From Antedon mediterranea (lineage: Eukaryota; Animalia; Echinodermata), in assembly GCF_964355755.1 (NCBI RefSeq), contig NC_092673.1:34965648-35029647 (forward strand): a DNA stretch of 64,000 nt. The letters run 5' to 3'. Position 1 is the first letter of the stretch. Every line of letters starts with the position of its first letter. The position numbers and the translations under genes are program-made. This document shows, piece after piece, positions 25,977 through 38,899 of the stretch. The notes below the pieces were generated by a model. That model did no database searches, was not told the origin of the DNA, and saw only the letters and a program-made list of their open reading frames with translations.

Positions 25977-26304
25977 CAAAGAACTTTATAACACAAGAAT
26001 CTCCTGTTCTTCAATTTTCATTCAAAACACAGTATCGGAGGTACAGGGTTAAAAGGTCAAACTGGGCGACGCCATTTCACAGCATGGAGCAGCGCCCCAT
26101 CCAAACTAGGAAGTCAATTACTCTACCCCCCTAGAGTATTAGCAGATCCCCTCTATGATTTTGAATTTCTAATTTGATGCGGGCGCCCTACTCCATGGCT
26201 CACAATGGCGCCACCCATTAGCTCTATTCTATCCCACAATGCCTTTCGAAACTGTTACGCGCTTCCGACGAACAGGAGATTCTAATTGTGTTATAAGTTC
26301 TTTG
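25977..26304. mobile_element. P-element-like MITE
   Basis: TIRs CAAAGAACTTTATAACACAA...CTCCTGTTC / GAACAGGAG...TTGTGTTATAAGTTCTTTG, CA...TG termini, and a 7-bp TSD CTCACAG (25970-25976 and 26305-26311). Confidence 0.75.
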
Positions 26305-26529
26305 CTCACAGTCTTTAACAATCGTTTAAATGCAAAAGAACATATAACTTTCCACTTAAATAACTGCAAAGTTCACACCATACTTATTATAAATAGGCCC
26401 CCAAATTAAATTTAACCAGACTTCATACAGTAGTTTGGACAAATATTTGTGAGTTTTATTTTAGATCTTTCGAATGATTAAATGTATTATTCTGGTCCTC
26501 AAACTTAACTGGAAACTGAGGAAATTCAG

Positions 26530-26780
26530 ATTAGGCCCTCTACGGACCCACGGCAGTCAACAGTGCAGCATCTACCAGATCAGCACACCGGGAGACCCTA
26601 CTCTTTTCAATTAGTGTACCAAGTTTTTTAACATGGACTATTAAGTACCAACGGCTTTACGAAGGACGAGGCAATGAGAGTAAAAGCATCTTGCCTAAAG
26701 GATGCAATTAGTATGGTACAGATAAACTCGAACCCATGCCTATCATTATACTAGTCCGATATTATCATTACACCATCACT
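26530..26780 (-). mobile_element. Degenerate tRNA-derived SINE
   Basis: The minus strand has a B-box gggttcgagt followed by a CORE-like tcctttaggcaagatgcttt segment. Boundaries approximate. Confidence 0.45.
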
Positions 26781-27049
26781 CACTTAGTTTATATCTGGAA
26801 CGATATAAATGCCGAAGTAATTATTAAGAAATTACAGGACACACATCATGTTCAAATTTTTTGGTATGATGACATTTTCAAAATAAACTTGAAGATGACG
26901 CTTTTGAAAGATAAATAAATATAAGAATTGGAAGAAAATTTGGTGAATTTGTACAACTTTGAATTTGAAAACTACTTTTTAACTTCAGGCCATATGATAA
27001 CATTACAACATAGGCTTAATTTTTATATAAATTCATAATCATATCTACT

Positions 27050-27414
27050 ACCCCTTTCACACCAAAAGCAAAACTCTGAAGACACTCCATTATTTGGTGT
27101 GAAAGGTAAAATCAAGCAACTCCGGAGTTTAAAACTGCGGGCTTGAACAGCTGAACATTTTCCGGAGACACCCCGGTGTTTTGGTGTGAAAGGTACCAAC
27201 ATCAAACTCTGGAGTTTTTAGGTCAAAAGGTCATCCTCACACTATCACTTATTGCTTTTGTATTATTTCAACATTTACAATTTTATTTTACAAACACCGT
27301 GTTGCTAGGTTGGTGTGTGAAAGGGGTATCTCCGGAGTTTCTCGATGTTTTAAATTGTCATTTAACCCCAGGGTGTCTCCGGATATCACTCCGGTGTTTT
27401 GGTGTGAAAGGGGT
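27050..27414. mobile_element. PIF/Harbinger-like MITE
   Basis: TIR acccctttcacaccaaaa / ttttggtgtgaaaggggt, with internal repeats of ggtgtgaaagg and ctccggag. Confidence 0.65.
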
Positions 27415-27687
27415 GTCAGGGAAAAATTTCATTTTGTAATTTTGTTTAGCAAAATTGCTAATCAAACTGATTTTTGAGTCAAGAAACATAGTTTTGTATT
27501 GTATTTTTTGCTACACAATTTAGAAATGTGTAGCAATAATATTGTTGTTTTGTATAGCTTTTTGCTATGCTACACTGGCGAAATTATTCCCTAGGTATCT
27601 TTTCATCAGCTTTCATAATAAGTAATAATTTTCAATTTCACCTTTAATTCTGAAGAGCTGTAAGATATTCAAGTATATGGTGTATGC

Positions 27688-27982
27688 CTAGGTGAAATTA
27701 CACGACCTACGTTATTTAAGTTTCACATGTGATAACGTCATCAAAATGAAAATGTTTTGCGTTTATTTTTTACCATTTTCAGCACTTGTGTGCAATTAAT
27801 GTACGCATTTTGTCATTTTTAACCTGCTCGTATAGCATTATTTTAAATTATTTTCTTCAACACGTTGATATGTTGTTCCTCAGATAATTCCCTTCAAAAA
27901 TTGCTATCTACAGTACGTGTTTCATTTTGTTATCATCATCATGTTAAAAATTGGATTAAAAGCGGGTCCCGTTATTTTCACC
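27688..27982. mobile_element. Small TIR element remnant
   Basis: taggtgaaattacacgacc versus inverted ggtcccgttattttcaccta. Confidence 0.45.
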
Positions 27983-28449
27983 TATTCTGCACTGTATGTA
28001 GTATGTATACAGTATATAGTGTATAGACACAAAATAACATTTTAATTTCTTCAGGTCACAATGGAATAATTGTTTTCTGTGCACAATATTCTAGCGTATG
28101 ACATATGCACGTGGCGTTTGTGCGGCGAATAACCTAACTTGTCCATAGTGATGAGTTCAAATTTAGTTCCTTTATTTTATTTATTTAAAAGAAATTGTTT
28201 GTATTTATTTATGTTTAATTTTCAATTCATTTTAATTTCTTTATTTAAGACTCGCCCAACACAAGATGTTATGTCTTTCCGGATATCTGCCTTCATTCTA
28301 TTATGCATTTATTGTTATTGCTTATTTTTGTGCAATTAAACATTAATTAAAATTAAGTGTTTGGGTGATAATGAGTAATTTTATTTAGCATATAATTTTT
28401 ATCATTAATCGTTTTTTTCTTTTGCAGAAAATAATTAAAACGTTGTGAA

Positions 28450-28978
28450 ATGGCATCCTTTGAAAGCAACATAGAGTTTCGCAATTTGAAATTTAACCTT
28501 GGTAAACATTACAAAGATGAAAAATGTGATCTTTTGAAATTCTGCCTTTTGGATTACATACCTGAAGGGAACTTTAAACCAGACTATATTGCTAATGATT
28601 TATTTAATTTGCTCCACGACAAAGGTGTCATCTCAGCTGATAATGTTTGCCTTCTGTTAGAGGTTGCAGAACTGTCTGATATAAAGAAGGCCGTAGATCT
28701 AGTAAGTCAGTATATGAAAGATAATGATATTAAATATACTGATGCTCAACAGTTGTCACCATACAGAAGAAGATTGTTCACTGCCTTAATTGAAGTTGGA
28801 CAAGATACGTTTAAACAGATAACGGCTTACTATGAGCTGTCACGCCTTGCATTACCAAATATTTGGAGGGTGGTTTTTTTTCTGGAAAGGGAATTACTTT
28901 TAGAAGATAAACAAGAAAAAATAACGCAGTTTGCAAATCTTCTTACGGAGCGTGCAAGAAATATACTACTTGATAATG
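28450..28978 (+). CDS. NLR gene 2 coding exon 1: tandem death-effector domains (DED-DED)
   Basis: Acceptor ttttgcAG at 28426-28427, ATG at 28450, donor G|GTAATT (phase 1). DED-like motifs FRNL...LLKFCLLDYIP...DLFNLLHDKGVISADNVCLLLEV and LSPYRRRLF...VFFLE, as in caspase-8/cFLIP prodomains. Confidence 0.8.
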
Positions 28979-29455
28979 GTAATTATTTATTTTCAGTAAC
29001 ATTTCTCTTATGCAAGATGTGATCATTTGTTAGTTTTATCATGCAGGAAGTCTCCTATGGTTTCATGGTGACTGGACTTTATTGTTTTTCACTGTCACTA
29101 ATAAACTTTAATGCAAGATAGTTCTAATGCAAGTTTATTTCATTATTATTATTTTATTTTTTGCTCTATTGTACATACTTAGTATTGTTTAATTTTAATT
29201 TTTTAATTTCATTTTTTATTAAATTATTGTTTTACAGGAATAGGTATTATTAATAAACTATCATTAACTTTGCGATAACGGCCTGTCATGTTTAGAAAAA
29301 ATGAATTACTGTAGTGTTAACCTTTAAAGCCAAGAACCATTAAAACCTAATTTTGCATTTGTGATTAATTTAAATTACAAATATGTTGTATTTTTAATTT
29401 ATCAATTAAAAACATTGAATTCTAAATTGTTCTTTTTTAATTTCTTGTTTTAAAG

Positions 29456-29806
29456 GTGTAGAAATTGAAGTAGATGTAGACATATTTAACCCTGTTCCAG
29501 GCAAAATGTCATTACGCTTGGCTGGAGAAGTTTATGAATATTGCAAAGAAATATTCACAAAGATTAGGGAACATTTTAAAAGGGTAAACGCATCTCTCAG
29601 TTTAAGTGACGTCAAAACCGTGGTGGATCCCAATACATCACTTCTGTTTTCTCTAGATACAGATAGTCGATCTGCCTTGTCAGAATTAATGGACATACAG
29701 TCGAATGGACAGCTAATCAGAGGTTTAGCAAAAATGTTTGTTATGGAAAGTCAACAAAGGTTTTTAGATAACTGGAAGACAATAATTGATGACAAAGCAC
29801 TAAAAG
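29456..29806 (+). CDS. NLR gene 2 exon 2: TRADD-N-like domain (copy 1)
   Basis: AG|GT GTA GAA ATT ... AAA G|GTATTA, 351 nt, phase 1-1, open frame. Pattern SLLFSLDTDSRSALSELMDIQSNGQLIRGLAKMFV...IIDD parallels exon 3. Confidence 0.7.
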
Positions 29807-30140
29807 GTATTATATTATTAATATTGTAGTTGTTATATTGTAGGGTTTAATATAGAGTAGTAGATTTTGTTTTATTTGAATGAATGAAAACTATATATAT
29901 ATATATATTTATGTTATGAGTGCAATAAATAGAAAATCTGGAATAAACTGATCACTTAGCATTTTAAAATCTATGCTAAATCCATATTTATAACCATTCA
30001 TGCATTATCACCAATTTTTTTAGTCAAATTTATTGTTTCTTTCCCACTATTTTACCTCCATGTTTTGCCATAATTTGTATAAAAAGGATTACTTTTTTTA
30101 GGAAAGATCTTTAAAAAACATATAGCCTAGATAAAACCAT

Positions 30141-33100
30141 TGTAGTGAATTTATTTTAGTTGGTTCCGAGCTTTCTCAGGCGTTTATATATAACTCCACG
30201 TGACGTACACTGTCACTGAATGATAACTCATACAAAAAGTATATTTAACTCAACTAGAACTTTTATTCCTTGTAATTCGATTAATACATCTTTCTACCAC
30301 TACCAGTCAAGCCTTAATATTTTCTTTATCATCTTTCCGTTTATCTACTCTGATCTTATTCTCTCTTCTCCCTCTAATATCTATTACATTCCACTTTTAT
30401 ACTGGACATGCAAATTTTAGGCTTCAGAGGAGGATAACATTTTCCCTCCAAAAATTATACAATTTTGATTGGCTAATAATATAAGGCGGACCTGGTCTAA
30501 AGCATCCTTCTCTAAACACAGAGAATCACAACATAAATAATATGACATTCCCCTTTTTGGGAAAAAGATTGTGTCAATCTTTCCAAAAATTTAACCTTTA
30601 AAACCATTTTACTTTAAACTATCTACTAATAACACCTCTATAATTATTATGCACGGCTTAATCCATCTGCATTTCCATTTAATGATCCTTTCTTGTAAAT
30701 AACTTTAAATTTATATTCTTGTAAAAACAGAGCCCATCTCATAAGTTTTACGTTTGAATGTTTTATCTTTAGCTTTATCCTCATTTTCGTCAAACAAATT
30801 ATTCATTTCTGTTCCATTCATATCATCTAAACACTTAGTTTTATTTACTTTGTTGTCATTTACTACTGTTTTCAACAATTGTACATTAGTTTCTTTAGGC
30901 GGCTCTTCTATCGGCTTAAAGTTACTATCTTTCCCTAACAATATCATTTCGTCTTGTATTCTAACATCATTTTCTATTCTGGCTTGCTCCCTAGTTAGGA
31001 CGAACATTTCTTTAGCCATTGTTTCCCCACAATTCTGGTCCAAATCATGACCCAATAACATGTCCCTCTGTAATCCTTCGATTACGGCTACAGTCACTTT
31101 TCCTTTCACTATCTTACTTTCTATAGCTACCTCAGCTAAGGGGACGGTAATATCGCCTCCTATACCTCTTAACGTAACCCATTTTCCTGGCAAGTAACAT
31201 TTGTTAGGCACTAGACTTTCCTTAACAGCTGACTGGGTACATCCCGAGTCTCTAAGCATAGTTATATCCTGTCCTTCTAATTTTCCTGGTATTGTACATT
31301 TCTCCATTTTATTTTCTACACTATCAATAACTACTTGGGGTCTATCTGATTTTATTCCTTCACATCTTAAGCCATCTTTCACATTCGGGCCCTTCTTAGT
31401 GTCACTAGTCTTTCCTTTTGCTACCATCTTAGGACAATCCCCTATTTTATGTCCCTTCTCCTTACAATTGAAGCATAGGCCATTAATCCATTCATTTGAA
31501 GGTTCTCTCTGTTGGAAATTTCTACCATAGTTATGGAATTTGCCTCCCCTTCCGCGATACCTATTGTATCCTTGCTGCCTAGCTCCAGGGTTACTCTGAG
31601 TCGTACTATTCTTAGGTTTACTATTTTCTTGGCCCTTATAATACGTAGGCTTATTTTCAGAATTTACGGCATTCCAATAGCCACGGCCACCTCTATTAGC
31701 TATATAATCATCGGCTATCATAGCCATATCATAGCTCTTATTTACTTGTTTATCTCTAAGATAAAGCCTCAGATCTTCAGGCATTTTATCAAGTGCCTGT
31801 TCCATTATAATCATTTCAATAATGCCTGCAGCATCATCTTCTTTTACATTAGCACATTTCATCCAACATTTTAAATAATGGGAGAGCTCATTCAGCCATT
31901 CCCTGATGGACATATCTTTAACTCTGTTTGAATTTCTAAATTTAAATCTGTAGGTCTCTGCGGACACATCATACTTTTCTAAGATTGCCTTCTTTAAGGT
32001 ATCATAATCTACACATTCTTTTACGGTTAAGAATGCATATGCTGTCCTAGCTTTACCAGACAGTTCAGGTGCTAACCTAGCGGACCACGTATTCTTATCC
32101 CAACCTGTGGCTTCTGCCAAGTGTTCAAATGTTCTAAAATATATATCAATATCATCTGATTCCTTCAAAGTAGGAACCTTTACCTTCATTTCATCTACTA
32201 TATTCCTAGCATTACTGTAGCTAGACCTATTTTCTAATTCCATCATTTTCACTCTTTCTTGTGATTCAATTTTTCTTAGCTCTATATCTGCTTTTAATTG
32301 GTCTTGTTGGTATTGTAATTCTAACTTTTTGTTTTCGGCCTCGAACTTCATTCGAAAATATTCGAGCATCATATCTTTAGGCATACCGCCGGGTATTTCG
32401 GGCAAATCAATATCCCTAGCCATTTTATCATATATTTCATTGACTTGGTCAACCTCTGCTTGGTCAACCATATCTTCCCTAGTATCTTTGTCTGACATAG
32501 TCTTATCTATATTTTTACCCGATCTTAAAGTTGTCATGCTAATAACAATTTTACTAATGAAATATGTAAACTTATGTATACAAAATATGTTATAAAAGTA
32601 TTTGTATTACCTTGATTCCATTCAGATATGTAAAAATATGAAATCCACATAAATTTTTTAATGCAATACAATATAAGACATTAATTTACTTCAAAGTCAC
32701 AAACAACGTACAAAAATTTACTTTCGAAATAAAAAATAGTTTACAAAGTCAGCTTTGCAAATCTTCTCAAAATTTACTGGGCTTCCTTCTGTTACTTCAG
32801 GCTTCAGTTTTCTTCTTTCAGATCTCGGTGAATATATATCTCCGATAAATATCCAGCAGCCTTGCTTGAGCTCAACAGTACTTCTTCTTCGTTGTAATAT
32901 CCAAACAACGCACGGTATAAAAACTGTCAGGAATCCAGATCTTCGTAACCATTTAACGTTTTGGTTACTGATTTAACAGGCCCGTAGAGTAGGCACTGTC
33001 ACTTCTTCTTCTTCTTCTTCTTGATACTAAATCATGTATCTTAAACAAAAATTTTCACCGCTGCCACCATGTAGTGAATTTATTTTAGTTGTTTCCGAGC

Positions 33101-33480
33101 TTTCTCAGGCGTATATATATAACTCCACGCGACGTACACTGTCACTGAATGATAACTCATACAAAAAGTATATTTAACTCAACTAGAACTTTTATTCCTT
33201 GTAATTCGATTAATACATCTTTCTACCACTACCAGTCAAGCCTTAATATTTTCTTTATCATCTTTCCGTTTATCTACTCTGATCTTATTCTCTCTTCTCC
33301 CTCTAATATCTATTACATTCCACTTTTATACTGGACATGCAAATTTTAGGCTTCAGAGGATAGAGGATAACATTTTCCCTCCAAAAATTATACAATTTTG
33401 ATTGGCTAATAATATAAGGCGGACCTGGTCTAAAGCATCCTTCTCTAAACACAGAGAATCACAACATAAATAATATGACA
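30141..33480 (-). mobile_element. Gmr1-like Ty3/Gypsy LTR retrotransposon, internally deleted (no IN or RT), in intron 2 of NLR gene 2
   Basis: LTRs 30141-30547 (407 bp) and 33070-33480 (411 bp), TG...CA, differing by about three substitutions and a 4-bp indel. 5-bp TSD ACCAT. PBS TGGTGGCAGCGGTG (33056-33069, minus) is complementary to the tRNA-Leu 3' end. PPT aaaagggggaa lies next to the left LTR. Confidence 0.95.
30711..32537 (-). CDS. gag: Gag (SCAN-related capsid, CCHC knuckle) plus aspartic protease of the Gypsy element
   Basis: 608-aa ORF with YFRTFEHLA..GW...LAPELSGKA..DYDTLKKAIL..YRFKFR, CFNCKEKGHKIGDC and LRDSGCTQS. An out-of-frame RNase H tail (LMRWALFLQEYKFKVIYKKGSLNGNADGLSRA*) follows. 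Confidence 0.88.
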   Translation of the reverse strand: MTTLRSGKNIDKTMSDKDTREDMVDQAEVDQVNEIYDKMARDIDLPEIPGGMPKDMMLEYFRMKFEAENKKLELQYQQDQLKADIELRKIESQERVKMMELENRSSYSNARNIVDEMKVKVPTLKESDDIDIYFRTFEHLAEATGWDKNTWSARLAPELSGKARTAYAFLTVKECVDYDTLKKAILEKYDVSAETYRFKFRNSNRVKDMSIREWLNELSHYLKCWMKCANVKEDDAAGIIEMIIMEQALDKMPEDLRLYLRDKQVNKSYDMAMIADDYIANRGGRGYWNAVNSENKPTYYKGQENSKPKNSTTQSNPGARQQGYNRYRGRGGKFHNYGRNFQQREPSNEWINGLCFNCKEKGHKIGDCPKMVAKGKTSDTKKGPNVKDGLRCEGIKSDRPQVVIDSVENKMEKCTIPGKLEGQDITMLRDSGCTQSAVKESLVPNKCYLPGKWVTLRGIGGDITVPLAEVAIESKIVKGKVTVAVIEGLQRDMLLGHDLDQNCGETMAKEMFVLTREQARIENDVRIQDEMILLGKDSNFKPIEEPPKETNVQLLKTVVNDNKVNKTKCLDDMNGTEMNNLFDENEDKAKDKTFKRKTYEMGSVFTRI

Positions 33481-33523
33481 ACCATATAATACTAAAACTA
33501 CTAAACATTATATATCTTTTAAG

Positions 33524-33919
33524 GTGTAGAATTATTATTAGTCAAGAACCAAGGTTATTCATCAGTTGATGATAGGAACCGACAACATGCTCTGGAAATC
33601 TTCTTCAACAACTTAGCAAAGCAAAAGAAAGCAGTTATTGGACACTGTGATAGTATTATGAAAACTCTTACTACCTATTTTAAGAGTATTCATTTATATT
33701 TCAAACAAGTAGGAGCAGGATCTTTAGTGTTATATCTAACTGCGTATGACTCTGAAGCATTAGAAAACCTCTGGGAAGCGTATTGCAATAAAACGCTACA
33801 AAGAGATTTGGCAAAAATAGTAGCAGAGGAATTGCAGCAAGAATTTCAATCAGAACTGCTTAATGTTAAAATTGATGAAGATGATTTGAAATCTGCAATG
33901 AGAAAAGTTAAAGAAATAA
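33524..33919 (+). CDS. NLR gene 2 exon 3: TRADD-N-like domain (copy 2)
   Basis: AG|GT GTA GAA TTA ... ATA A|GTAAGA, 396 nt, phase 1-1. Motif VGAGSLVLYLTAYDSEALENLWEAYCNKTLQRDL...LNVKIDEDD is typical of metazoan TRADD-N-like domains. Confidence 0.75.
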
Positions 33920-34532
33920 GTAAGAAATGATTTTTATTTTATATTGAAGATGTATAATAGTTGTCAACGTTTTTGTTTATTATGTATCTAAAGATAAATA
34001 TATTTAATTTTGATTGTTTTAATGTACACTTTAATAGCACCCTTTTGGAAGAGGCTAGGTGGCACTGTATGGTGTGCAACCGAGCATGCAAACATATAAA
34101 ATACAAGAAGAATTCCACAGACTGTTTAACAACAAAAAGTCTTCTGCATCTCACCTCCCGAAATTGCTTTGAAAGCTTCCTAACTTACATAAATACATTT
34201 TAGTAATAATAACACATTAAATGTATCATTGAAAGTTCTTAGCCATATGAGCAAAGCAACTTCAATTGTTATTTTAAAGTATGTTTAAAAACTGTATTTT
34301 AATTTTAATGTTAAGTGCATTGACCCTAAATTATATTAAATGCACACAGTTAAACAAAACTACAATACTAGGGATGGCTTCAATAAGTAATACATTTTCT
34401 TCACAGAAGTGACAAGACAAGGAGTATATTCAATATGCTAATGAGATTCACGGAAAGCTGATAATGTTTTTCGTTTTATTTTTACTTTTAATACAGTAGT
34501 GTTATGAATATTTTTAAATTATTATTAAATAG

Positions 34533-34619
34533 AGGAATCAGAGGATTTATCTTGTACATCAACCGGCAATTTACCGACCAATGTTGGAGAAGAGGAGGAA
34601 GTTGAAAAAGTAGAAATGG
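34533..34619 (+). CDS. NLR gene 2 exon 4: acidic linker
   Basis: tAG|AGGAATCAGAG...GAAATGG|GTAAGT, 87 nt, phase 1-1, encoding ESEDLSCTSTGNLPTNVGEEEEVEKVEM. Confidence 0.65.
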
Positions 34620-35398
34620 GTAAGTTTGAGCCTCCAGAACAAAACAGCTGCATCCGTTTTTAGATAAAATTATTATTATTATTATAGCTGTAAATTAAAT
34701 TGTTAATTACTCGATACCAACACCAACATGTGTGTAGTTTTATATTAAAATTGAAATTAGCAATTTACAGTAAATCATTATGAGAGCAGTTTAGACAGGA
34801 ACATCAGTACCAATTCACTCCCATGTTTTTTGGGATAGAACAAGTCTTTCTCAGATAAGCTGACACTAAAAATGTCATTTTGACCTCATAGTATTATCTT
34901 GTACACAAAATTGCTTTGAACTAATTGTACATTTAAATATATTTTCAACATCTAATACAATTACTTTTAAATCATCAAAATCATTGTCATTATCATTTAT
35001 ACATGTTATCAATGATTCTTTCAATTTTATGAGTTCATCTTCCAATTCGTTGGTATCAAACATATATTTATTTATTAAGCTTATTTGTTCAACACAGTGG
35101 CGGATCCAAGAGGGTCGCACCTTCAGCACGCCCCCCCCCCCCCCCTCCTATTGGGGGAAAAAGCGTAAAAAGAGTAAAGTACTTTCACTTTTGATTAAAA
35201 CACATTGTTTCAGCGCCGTGCTAATTTACTTTTTATTAGATATTGCTGTTGCTGTAATTTTCTAAGAGTTGCGAAATGAATTGCGTATTTTCACCTGAAA
35301 CGCATTTTGGGAAATTTTCATCGGGAGAACATTATATCATTTGATGCCACCAAAAACACCTGAGAAAAAGATATTACTCACATTTGAATGATGTACTG

Positions 35399-35715
35399 TA
35401 CTATATTGCGTGTACTATATTGCATGACGTACTATATTGCATGTATACAGTATATTGAATGTATATATTGCATATACTATATTGCATTTACAATATTGCA
35501 TGTACTATATTGCATATACTATATTGCATATGCTATATTGCATGTACTATATTGCATATACTATATTGCATGTACTATATTGTGTGTACTATATTGCATA
35601 TGCTATATTGCATGTACTATATTGCATGTACTATATTGCATATACTATATTGCATGTATTATATTGCATGTATTATATTGCATGCACTATATTGCCTGTA
35701 CTATATTGCATGTTT
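35399..35715. repeat. 14-bp minisatellite (tactatattgcatg)
   Basis: About 22 copies read directly. Confidence 0.92.
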
Positions 35716-35756
35716 ATAAAATTATAATGGTGTGGTCTTATTTTTTCACATTTCAG

Positions 35757-36293
35757 AAATCTCAGTGGAAGAATATAATGAACTGTTGACTGATACAGCA
35801 AATTGGTATGACCAACTTGGATACCTCAAAGCGTTGAAACTTTTATACAAAGACCATTTGAAAAAATCGAATGTAGTGGTGTCTAAAGCTGAAAGTGTCT
35901 GGGATCTACTACAGGATTTAACAGCCTCTGGAAGTTTGAGTTCATCAAATCTTACTATTCTATATGACACAATAAAGATAACCAAGCAATTTGGCTTTAA
36001 GTCAAACGTTAAGAATCAACCTCCAGAAGATATTAAGAACCATGTAGTATCAATGTTGACATCTTACAGACAGAGGCTTTTTCAGCTGGGACTAGAACTT
36101 AAAGAGGATGAAGTAGCAAAACTAGATTTTCTTTTTAACAATCCATTATTAAAGAACTATCCAGATAGCTGGAGCTTGATTAAGGATTTTGAAGACAGAA
36201 AGATCATTGATAGAGATTACACAAGGATGGAGGAGTTTCTAAATGTTTTAGAAAGAAATAGGATGACAAAGTCTAGGAAGATTTTCCTTGATG
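35757..36293 (+). CDS. NLR gene 2 exon 5: divergent tandem DED-like pair
   Basis: tttcAG|AAATC...GATG|GTTAGT, 537 nt, phase 1-1. Motifs YNELL...LKLLYKDHL...DLLQDL..SG.LS..NLTILYD and LTSYRQRLFQLGLEL..DEV..L.FL...SLIKDFE. Confidence 0.78.
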
Positions 36294-36321
36294 GTTAGTT
36301 TCTTTGGTTTTCTTTTTTGTG

Positions 36322-36323
<2 letters not shown>

Positions 36324-36386
<63 letters not shown>
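36324..36386. repeat. (TA)n microsatellite
   Basis: Read directly. Confidence 0.95.
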
Positions 36387-36388
<2 letters not shown>

Positions 36389-38899
36389 AGATCTTGTTGG
36401 CCGATTGCTACGTTCTGAAGAACTCAAATGGCCGATTGCTACGTTCTGAAGAACTCAAATGGCCGATTGCTACGAATTCAAGACTTTTTGGCCGTTTGCT
36501 ACTGTCATTTTGCTACGTTGGCTATGGACGTTTGCTACGTTGGAGTTTTCATTGCCCATGTGACGTCACTTCCGTTATTTCTTCTTCGAAAATTGAAAGG
36601 AAATGTGATGTGCGATGAAATTATGATTTGCCATTTGCCACGGATTTCAGGCTTTCCAACAACTTTATTTATTTATAAAAAATAATTAATGTACGTAAGT
36701 TTGTGTATTTTGTACCAAACATAGGCTAGGAGCCTAGGCAGGTAGGGTTTTTACCCATATCGGGGCTTTGTTGTTAGACTCGAAGTCTTTTCAAATCAAA
36801 TAAATCATTTGATTATAGCCTAGGTAGGCCCTAGGCCCGGCCTAGGCCTATAGGGCTCATCATAGGCAAGCCTAGCCTAGGCCTATAGGCCTAGTAGTAG
36901 TAGGCTACTAGGCCTAGCTTAATAGAGGACCTAGGCTTAGGCCTAACCTACTAGGCCTGTAGCCTACATAGGTAGGTAGGCCCTAGCTAGGCAGGGCCTG
37001 TCTGTAGGCTATACAGGACTAGGCCTAGCCTAGGTAGGCCTTATGCAAGGCTTTTTTATGCTGTATGTGTTTTACACTACAGTACCTTTTAATTAGTAAT
37101 AACTAATACCTGTGTTTAATTTTATTTCTAAATGTGTTATGCAAATTGTTAAATAATTATTTTATTTCTTTTAGGTTGTGATATTATAATATATTAATAT
37201 AAAAAGATGTGAAAGTTTTAAAGCCCATCCTAAAAGTTAGTTGAGAATAATAACCAACTAATAATGTTAGTGGAAGAACATTCGTCTTGTCTGGAATCAA
37301 TGAAGATGATGTAGCTGACGCTGTGCAGAAATACTAATAATAAAAGATGATGATGAGAATACAAAATACAGTAATAAATAGCAAATGATAGTAGTAGGCC
37401 TGTGTTTAACTTGAAACAAGGTGTCAAAATCATTAATAAAAACTAATTAATAAAGGTAAATCAGCAAATGTGTTTACTTTACTGTAGTTTTGTATTTTTC
37501 TCAATAAATTAGTGACGTACAAAGCTGAGGGTGGGGTGGGTTACTATTTCCAAGTACCTAGATTAAGTTTAGTAAGCTTCTACAGTAATCTACACCAAGT
37601 AAGTTTGTATGACAAAATGTTATCAAGTACATGCAAACATGATGTTATATTTCTTTTTAAACGGATGAATAGAGATTATAATTGAATACATTGACTATAC
37701 AAGATTGTTTTTTTAACTTGTTTTTGGTCGAAAATAAATAGAAAATAACATTGGAGCATGTTAATAACATGTAGTTGATAACATTTTATATAATAAAAAC
37801 CATATGTTGACAGACACTAATAGACCTACGCTGTGGACAACACTGATGCAGTGTTATACAACTTTGGATGTTACAAGAATTATGGACAAGAAAAACAACA
37901 ACTCCATCCATAAACATCATCATGTGCTAGGGTTCTCATAATTCATTTTTAATTCATGTTTAATGTAGTAAACCTCATAATTATGGCAGTCAGGATCAAG
38001 TCCAGAAGTGCAAAAGCACTTGTCATGACTTGACCCTTTTCAGCAAAACAAAAGGTTTCAGTTTAAAGTAAATCAGAAATAAGGTTTAACAAGTATATAT
38101 AACCAGTTTAAAAAAACCAATCACATTGACTTAAAGATGTACTGTCTTCCAAAAACATGAACACTGAAGATTAATAAAATTAATGCAAGTCATTTAACTT
38201 TAGGATGATGAGCTTTTTAAATAGTTGCCCAGTGTGAGCAAAATAAGGAGAGAATAGTAATAAATGGAATGACTAGAACCCCACTGCAGCCTTCATCTGT
38301 AGCTGTATGTATTAGATAAAAGCAGGTGCACACAGAATTGAAGACAACTTTTATAACTTTATTTCATCTTTGATTTAATTTAATGACAAATTAAAATAAA
38401 ACTTACAAAATACTAAAAAACAAACTGTAAGGGAAGAGCTTAAATTAATTCAAAATAATTATTTCTTATAAAAGGTAACACATTTAATAGTTTAACCTGG
38501 AAAGGCTAAAGAATTAAGGCCTATGTAAGCATCTATGTAACGTTTGTTAAAAAATGTCATTGAATACAAGTCCTGGCCAATCATTCATGCAACCAAACAC
38601 TATGGAGCTGCTGCTGTATAATGTTGATGAGTTTCAAATGAATAGGTGAATACATTTAGACTTCTACTTCAGTATGCTCATTCTATGAAAATGCTCCTTC
38701 AATGACAGTCCAAACAGCAACACACTGTGGGTAGAAGAATATTGCAGGATTTAACCAGGTTTCACAATAAGCATGTTAAGTGTTCATTTAATTGACTGCA
38801 AACATTAAAATTGTATCAATAATACTACTAAAAGTACAGTTGTTTAACAATAGTTACTTTTGGTTTTTGCATTTGGGTGTATAATTAAATTGGTAATTG

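Noticed and set aside
27417-27594. Possible hAT MITE (cagggaaaaattt...aaattattccctag); similar single ends at ~22510-22590 and ~35096
   Set aside because: No matching TSD or partner TIR found; too degraded to call.
30220-30420. 66-aa ORF repeated at 33149 and (longer) at 55995
   Set aside because: Lies within the LTR; the repetition reflects LTR copies, not a gene.
34407-34442. Strong-looking acceptor ttttcttcacAG in the intron after exon 3
   Set aside because: No phase-compatible donor before an in-frame TAA. It could be an alternative terminal exon but is unsupported.
35388-35789. Cys/Tyr-rich ORFs in three frames; likewise ORFs at 42378-46590 and 60342-61207
   Set aside because: Translations of minisatellite, satellite or palindromic MITE repeats.
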